NCBI GenBank assembly: GCA_963666975.2
Contig: CAXVYR010000004.1
Coordinates: 544,001 to 608,000 of the forward strand
DNA: 64,000 nucleotides
Reading direction: 5' to 3'
Origin: Terriglobia bacterium
Lineage (GTDB): Bacteria; Acidobacteriota; Terriglobia; 2-12-FULL-54-10
Shown here: positions 60,784 through 64,000 of the stretch, piece after piece
Numbering within the stretch: position 1 is the stretch's first letter
Layout: each line of letters starts with the position of its first letter
Notes under the pieces: model-generated
The model's database searches: none
What the model saw: the letters and a program-made list of their open reading frames with translations, nothing else
What the model was told of the DNA's origin: nothing
Position numbers and translations under genes: made by a program

Positions 60784-61188
60784 TCAGGCTTTTTCTTTCT
60801 TTTTCTTTTTCGCAGGAGCTTTTTCTTTGAGTTCGCTGCCGACCAGCTCCACCATCGCCATGTCGGCGCCGTCGCCGGCTCGCCAACCCACGCGGGTGAT
60901 CCGCACGTAACCGCCATTCTTCTGGGCGAAACGGGCCGAAAGACTGTCGAACAGTTTTTTCACAGCGGCCGGAGTGCTCAGGAAAGCAGCCGCTTGGCGG
61001 CGCGCATGGAGCGACTCTGCCTTCCCCAGCGTGATCATCTTTTCAGCAAGCGGCCGCAGCGCCTTGGCCTTGACCACCGTGGTCATAATGCGCTCCCGCT
61101 CCAGCAATGAAGTCACCAGATTGCGCAACAAAGCCTTGCGATGGCTCGTGTTCCTTCCCAGTTTCCATCCTGCTTTGAGGTGTCGCAT
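60784..61188 (-). CDS. rplQ: 50S ribosomal protein L17
   Basis: [30 protein letters not shown]. Confidence 0.98.
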   Translation of the reverse strand: MRHLKAGWKLGRNTSHRKALLRNLVTSLLERERIMTTVVKAKALRPLAEKMITLGKAESLHARRQAAAFLSTPAAVKKLFDSLSARFAQKNGGYVRITRVGWRAGDGADMAMVELVGSELKEKAPAKKKKKEKA

Positions 61189-61309
61189 CCTTAGCCCTTC
61201 CTGCTCGTTATCCTTGGCTGTCCTCTCACTCCCGCCAGCATCTTGTGCCCTTTACTGCGCTGCCAAACCGGCAGAAACCCTCCGGTGGTCCTGGCGGAGG
61301 CCGGCCTGC

Positions 61310-62308
61310 CTATTGATCGGAAACCGGCGAAGCCGGAATCAGGTATCCTTTTTCGTCCAATTTCATCCCCAACCCCAGACCCATTGTGGTGAGAATCTCC
61401 TTGATCTCGTTCAGCGATTTGCGGCCAAAATTTTTGGTGCGCAACATCTCCGATTCCGACTTCTGCACCAACTCCCCGATGGTCTGAATGCTGGCGTTCT
61501 TCAAACAGTTATAGGAGCGCACCGAAAGCTCCAGTTCTTCCACGGAACGGTTCAAGTTCTCATTGTGAATCTCAAAACTCTTCTCGGCAACTTCTTCGAA
61601 GGCTCCCGGCTTCTCTTCAAAGTTGATGAAGATCGCCATATGGTCCTTCATCAACTTAGCGCCCAGCCCAATGGCATCCTGCGGGGAAAGCGTCCCATTC
61701 GTCCAAACCTTTAGAATCAGCTTGTCGTAATCGGTCACCTGACCCAAACGGGCCGCCTCCACTTGGTAGTTGACCTTGCGCACCGGCGAATGAACCGAGT
61801 CGACGGGGATATAGCCAATCGCCAAGTCTTCATCAAAGTTCTTGTCCGCGCTGACGTAGCCCCGGCCATGCCGGAGGCGCATCTCCATTTGCAGCCGGCC
61901 GCCGTCGCCCACGGTTGCCAGATATACGTCCGGGTTCAGTATCTCCACGTCCCCGTCGGCCTGAATCTGAGAGGAGAGGATGGGGCCGGGCTTATCTCCG
62001 ACCAGCGTGATGGTCTTGGGGCCTTCCCCATTCAACCGGAACGGCACCTGTTTCAGGTTAAGAATAATATCGGTGGCGTCTTCCACCACTCCGGGAATCG
62101 ATGAAAACTCGTGCAGGACTCCCTCGATCTTGACGGCAGTGATCGCCGCGCCCTCAATCGACGACAACAACACGCGACGGAGAGCGTTTCCAACCGTGGT
62201 GCCGAAACCGCGCTCAAACGGCTGGGCGGAAAATTCGCCAAAATCGGCAGCCAAGGTTTCCAAACTGCAAGCCAAACGCTTTGGTTTCTGAAAACCCTTC
62301 CATAACAT
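61310..62308 (-). CDS. rpoA: RNA polymerase alpha subunit
   Basis: [42 protein letters not shown]. Confidence 0.98.
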   Translation of the reverse strand: MLWKGFQKPKRLACSLETLAADFGEFSAQPFERGFGTTVGNALRRVLLSSIEGAAITAVKIEGVLHEFSSIPGVVEDATDIILNLKQVPFRLNGEGPKTITLVGDKPGPILSSQIQADGDVEILNPDVYLATVGDGGRLQMEMRLRHGRGYVSADKNFDEDLAIGYIPVDSVHSPVRKVNYQVEAARLGQVTDYDKLILKVWTNGTLSPQDAIGLGAKLMKDHMAIFINFEEKPGAFEEVAEKSFEIHNENLNRSVEELELSVRSYNCLKNASIQTIGELVQKSESEMLRTKNFGRKSLNEIKEILTTMGLGLGMKLDEKGYLIPASPVSDQ

Positions 62309-62389
62309 CGCTTTCCTCCAAAATGACCGAGCATCTGTAGCGTCTGCGGCGGGACGTGCTGTCGCAGACGTACGGGGGGTGCCGATTCT

Positions 62390-63019
62390 CTATTTAGAAT
62401 AAAGTTCTACAATCATTTGTTCTTGGACCGGGAGCGCAATATCCTGCCGTTGCGGGAGCGCTAGTATCTTGGCCTTCAGGTTTTCCCGGTCTACGTCGAT
62501 CCATGCGGGGACGGATCGATGCGCCGTCGATTCGCGGCTGGCCAGCAGAGAGGGGTTCTCCCGGCTTCCCGAACGGACCTCCACCGTATCGCCCGGCTTC
62601 ACCAAATAAGAAGGGATCGTCACCTTTCGGCCGTTTACCTGGAGATGGCCGTGGCGCACGCTCTGCCGCGCTTGCGCCCGGGAAGTTGCCAGGCCCATCC
62701 GGTAGACGACGTTGTCCACTCTGCGCTCCAGAAATTGCAGCAGCAATTCCCCTGTGATTCCTTTGCGGACAGCCGCTTTTTCAAAGTAGCGGCGAAATTG
62801 CTTCTCGAGGACTCCGTAGATCCGCCGCACCTTCTGTTTTTCCCGGAGCTGCAAGCCGTAGCCGAGCATACGGGGCCGGCGGCGCTTTCCGTGCTGGCCC
62901 GGGGGAAAGTTGCGCCGGTCGATGGCGCACTTGTCCGTGTGACACCGCTCTCCCTTGAGAAACAACTTCTCGCCCTCGCGCCGACATAGCCGGCATACCG
63001 GACCTCGATATCTAGCCAA
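62390..63019 (-). CDS. rpsD: 30S ribosomal protein S4 (Zn-binding C+ type)
   Basis: CRLCRRE, PPGQHG, QLREKQK, IVELYSK. Confidence 0.98.
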   Translation of the reverse strand: MARYRGPVCRLCRREGEKLFLKGERCHTDKCAIDRRNFPPGQHGKRRRPRMLGYGLQLREKQKVRRIYGVLEKQFRRYFEKAAVRKGITGELLLQFLERRVDNVVYRMGLATSRAQARQSVRHGHLQVNGRKVTIPSYLVKPGDTVEVRSGSRENPSLLASRESTAHRSVPAWIDVDRENLKAKILALPQRQDIALPVQEQMIVELYSK

Positions 63020-63128
63020 TCTCCCTCCTCAATCTCCTCAATCGGTCAGCTTGAATCAAATCCAATCGCTCCAAGAAAATTCTTTCTCCGAAAGCAGGCG
63101 TGCCTGCCGCAAGAACAGTTCCGCCCTC

Positions 63129-63536
63129 TTAGACGCGCCTCTTCTTCGGGGGGCGGCAACCGTTGTGCGGAATGGGCGTCACATCCTTGATGCTTTTGAC
63201 CTCCAAGCCCACTACCGAGAGTGCGCGGATGGCGGACTCTCGCCCCGAACCCGGGCCTTTCACCCGGACCTCGACACTTCGCAGGCCGTGGTCGCGGGCG
63301 GCATTGGCTGCGTGCTGGGCGGCCTGCTGGGCGGCAAACGGCGTTCCCTTGCGGGACCCCCGAAAGCCCAGCGACCCTGCGCTCGACCAGGAAATCACGT
63401 TTCCACTCAGGTCAGAGATCGTAACCACCGTATTGTTAAAGGTGGCCTGGATGTGCGCGATCCCGCTGGAAATGTGCTTCTTCTCTCGCTTCTTAAAAGC
63501 TTTCTTTTTCCCCTGCTTGGCGGGTGCTTTTGCCAT
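63129..63536 (-). CDS. rpsK: 30S ribosomal protein S11
   Basis: [34 protein letters not shown]. Confidence 0.98.
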   Translation of the reverse strand: MAKAPAKQGKKKAFKKREKKHISSGIAHIQATFNNTVVTISDLSGNVISWSSAGSLGFRGSRKGTPFAAQQAAQHAANAARDHGLRSVEVRVKGPGSGRESAIRALSVVGLEVKSIKDVTPIPHNGCRPPKKRRV

Positions 63537-63617
63537 CTATCCTCTGTCCTCCAAAAACTGCGCGGTTTCGCATCGAGCCCGCTTGGAGATTCCCAAACCT
63601 TCTCCTCGCGGTATGCG

Positions 63618-64000
63618 CTAAGTTTTCGCAGCAGACTTCTTCTTAATCGAGATCGTCCCTTTTCGCGGCCCTTTGCGGGTTCGGGCGTTGGTGTGGGACC
63701 GCTGGCCGCGGACAGGCAAGTTGCGGCGATGGCGCAGGCCCCGGTAGGAGCCGACCTCGATCAACCGGCGGATATTCATGGAGATTTCCTTCCGCAGATC
63801 TCCCTCGATGGCGCCTTCCTCTTCCAAAATCTTCCGGATCCGGCTTACCTCATCCTCGTTCAAATCCCGCACTTTCGTATCCGGGCTGACATCCGCTCTA
63901 TGTAAAATCGAATTGGCCCGTGCCCGGCCAATCCCGTAGATATAGGTCAGGCCGATCTCAGACCGTTTTGAGGGGGGTAAATCCACTCCGGCTATGCGTG
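63618..64000 (-). CDS. rpsM: 30S ribosomal protein S13 (start just beyond the right edge)
   Basis: [32 protein letters not shown]. Confidence 0.97.
   Translation of the reverse strand, partial: RIAGVDLPPSKRSEIGLTYIYGIGRARANSILHRADVSPDTKVRDLNEDEVSRIRKILEEEGAIEGDLRKEISMNIRRLIEVGSYRGLRHRRNLPVRGQRSHTNARTRKGPRKGTISIKKKSAAKT

Overview
A 64 kb, GC-rich bacterial chromosome segment. An Acidobacteriota (Terriglobia-like) origin is inferred from gene content, not proven. Both flanks are housekeeping. Left: MoxR ATPase, tRNA-Val, class A PBP, proS, yjbQ, fbp. Right: tpx, metK-ahcY-tldD/E, hisS-aspS-mutL-cmk, guaB and the rpsM-rpsK-rpsD-rpoA-rplQ operon. The accessory middle holds four blocks: (i) a Fur-family regulator with an operator palindrome, heading a porin + FMN-binding protein + ApbE + PepSY-TM flavinylation operon; (ii) a selenoneine-type senA-senB-egtD cluster with no adjacent selD/senC; (iii) downstream of tRNA-Gly, an integrase-less variable region with three paralogous secreted amidohydrolase-3 genes with altered active-site motifs, an operon of Tat-exported PQQ-propeller + cupredoxin lacking its copper ligands + three-repeat cytochrome c + amidohydrolase-IPT, an orphaned CutF/CruR-like leader ORF, an apparently intact IS3/IS481-like element and nested MITE/REP structures; (iv) an IS graveyard after cmk ending in a 151 bp palindrome made of two left ends of that same IS. 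Short 8-15 bp tandem duplications recur across the whole window. All family calls come from motif recognition by eye; no database search was run.
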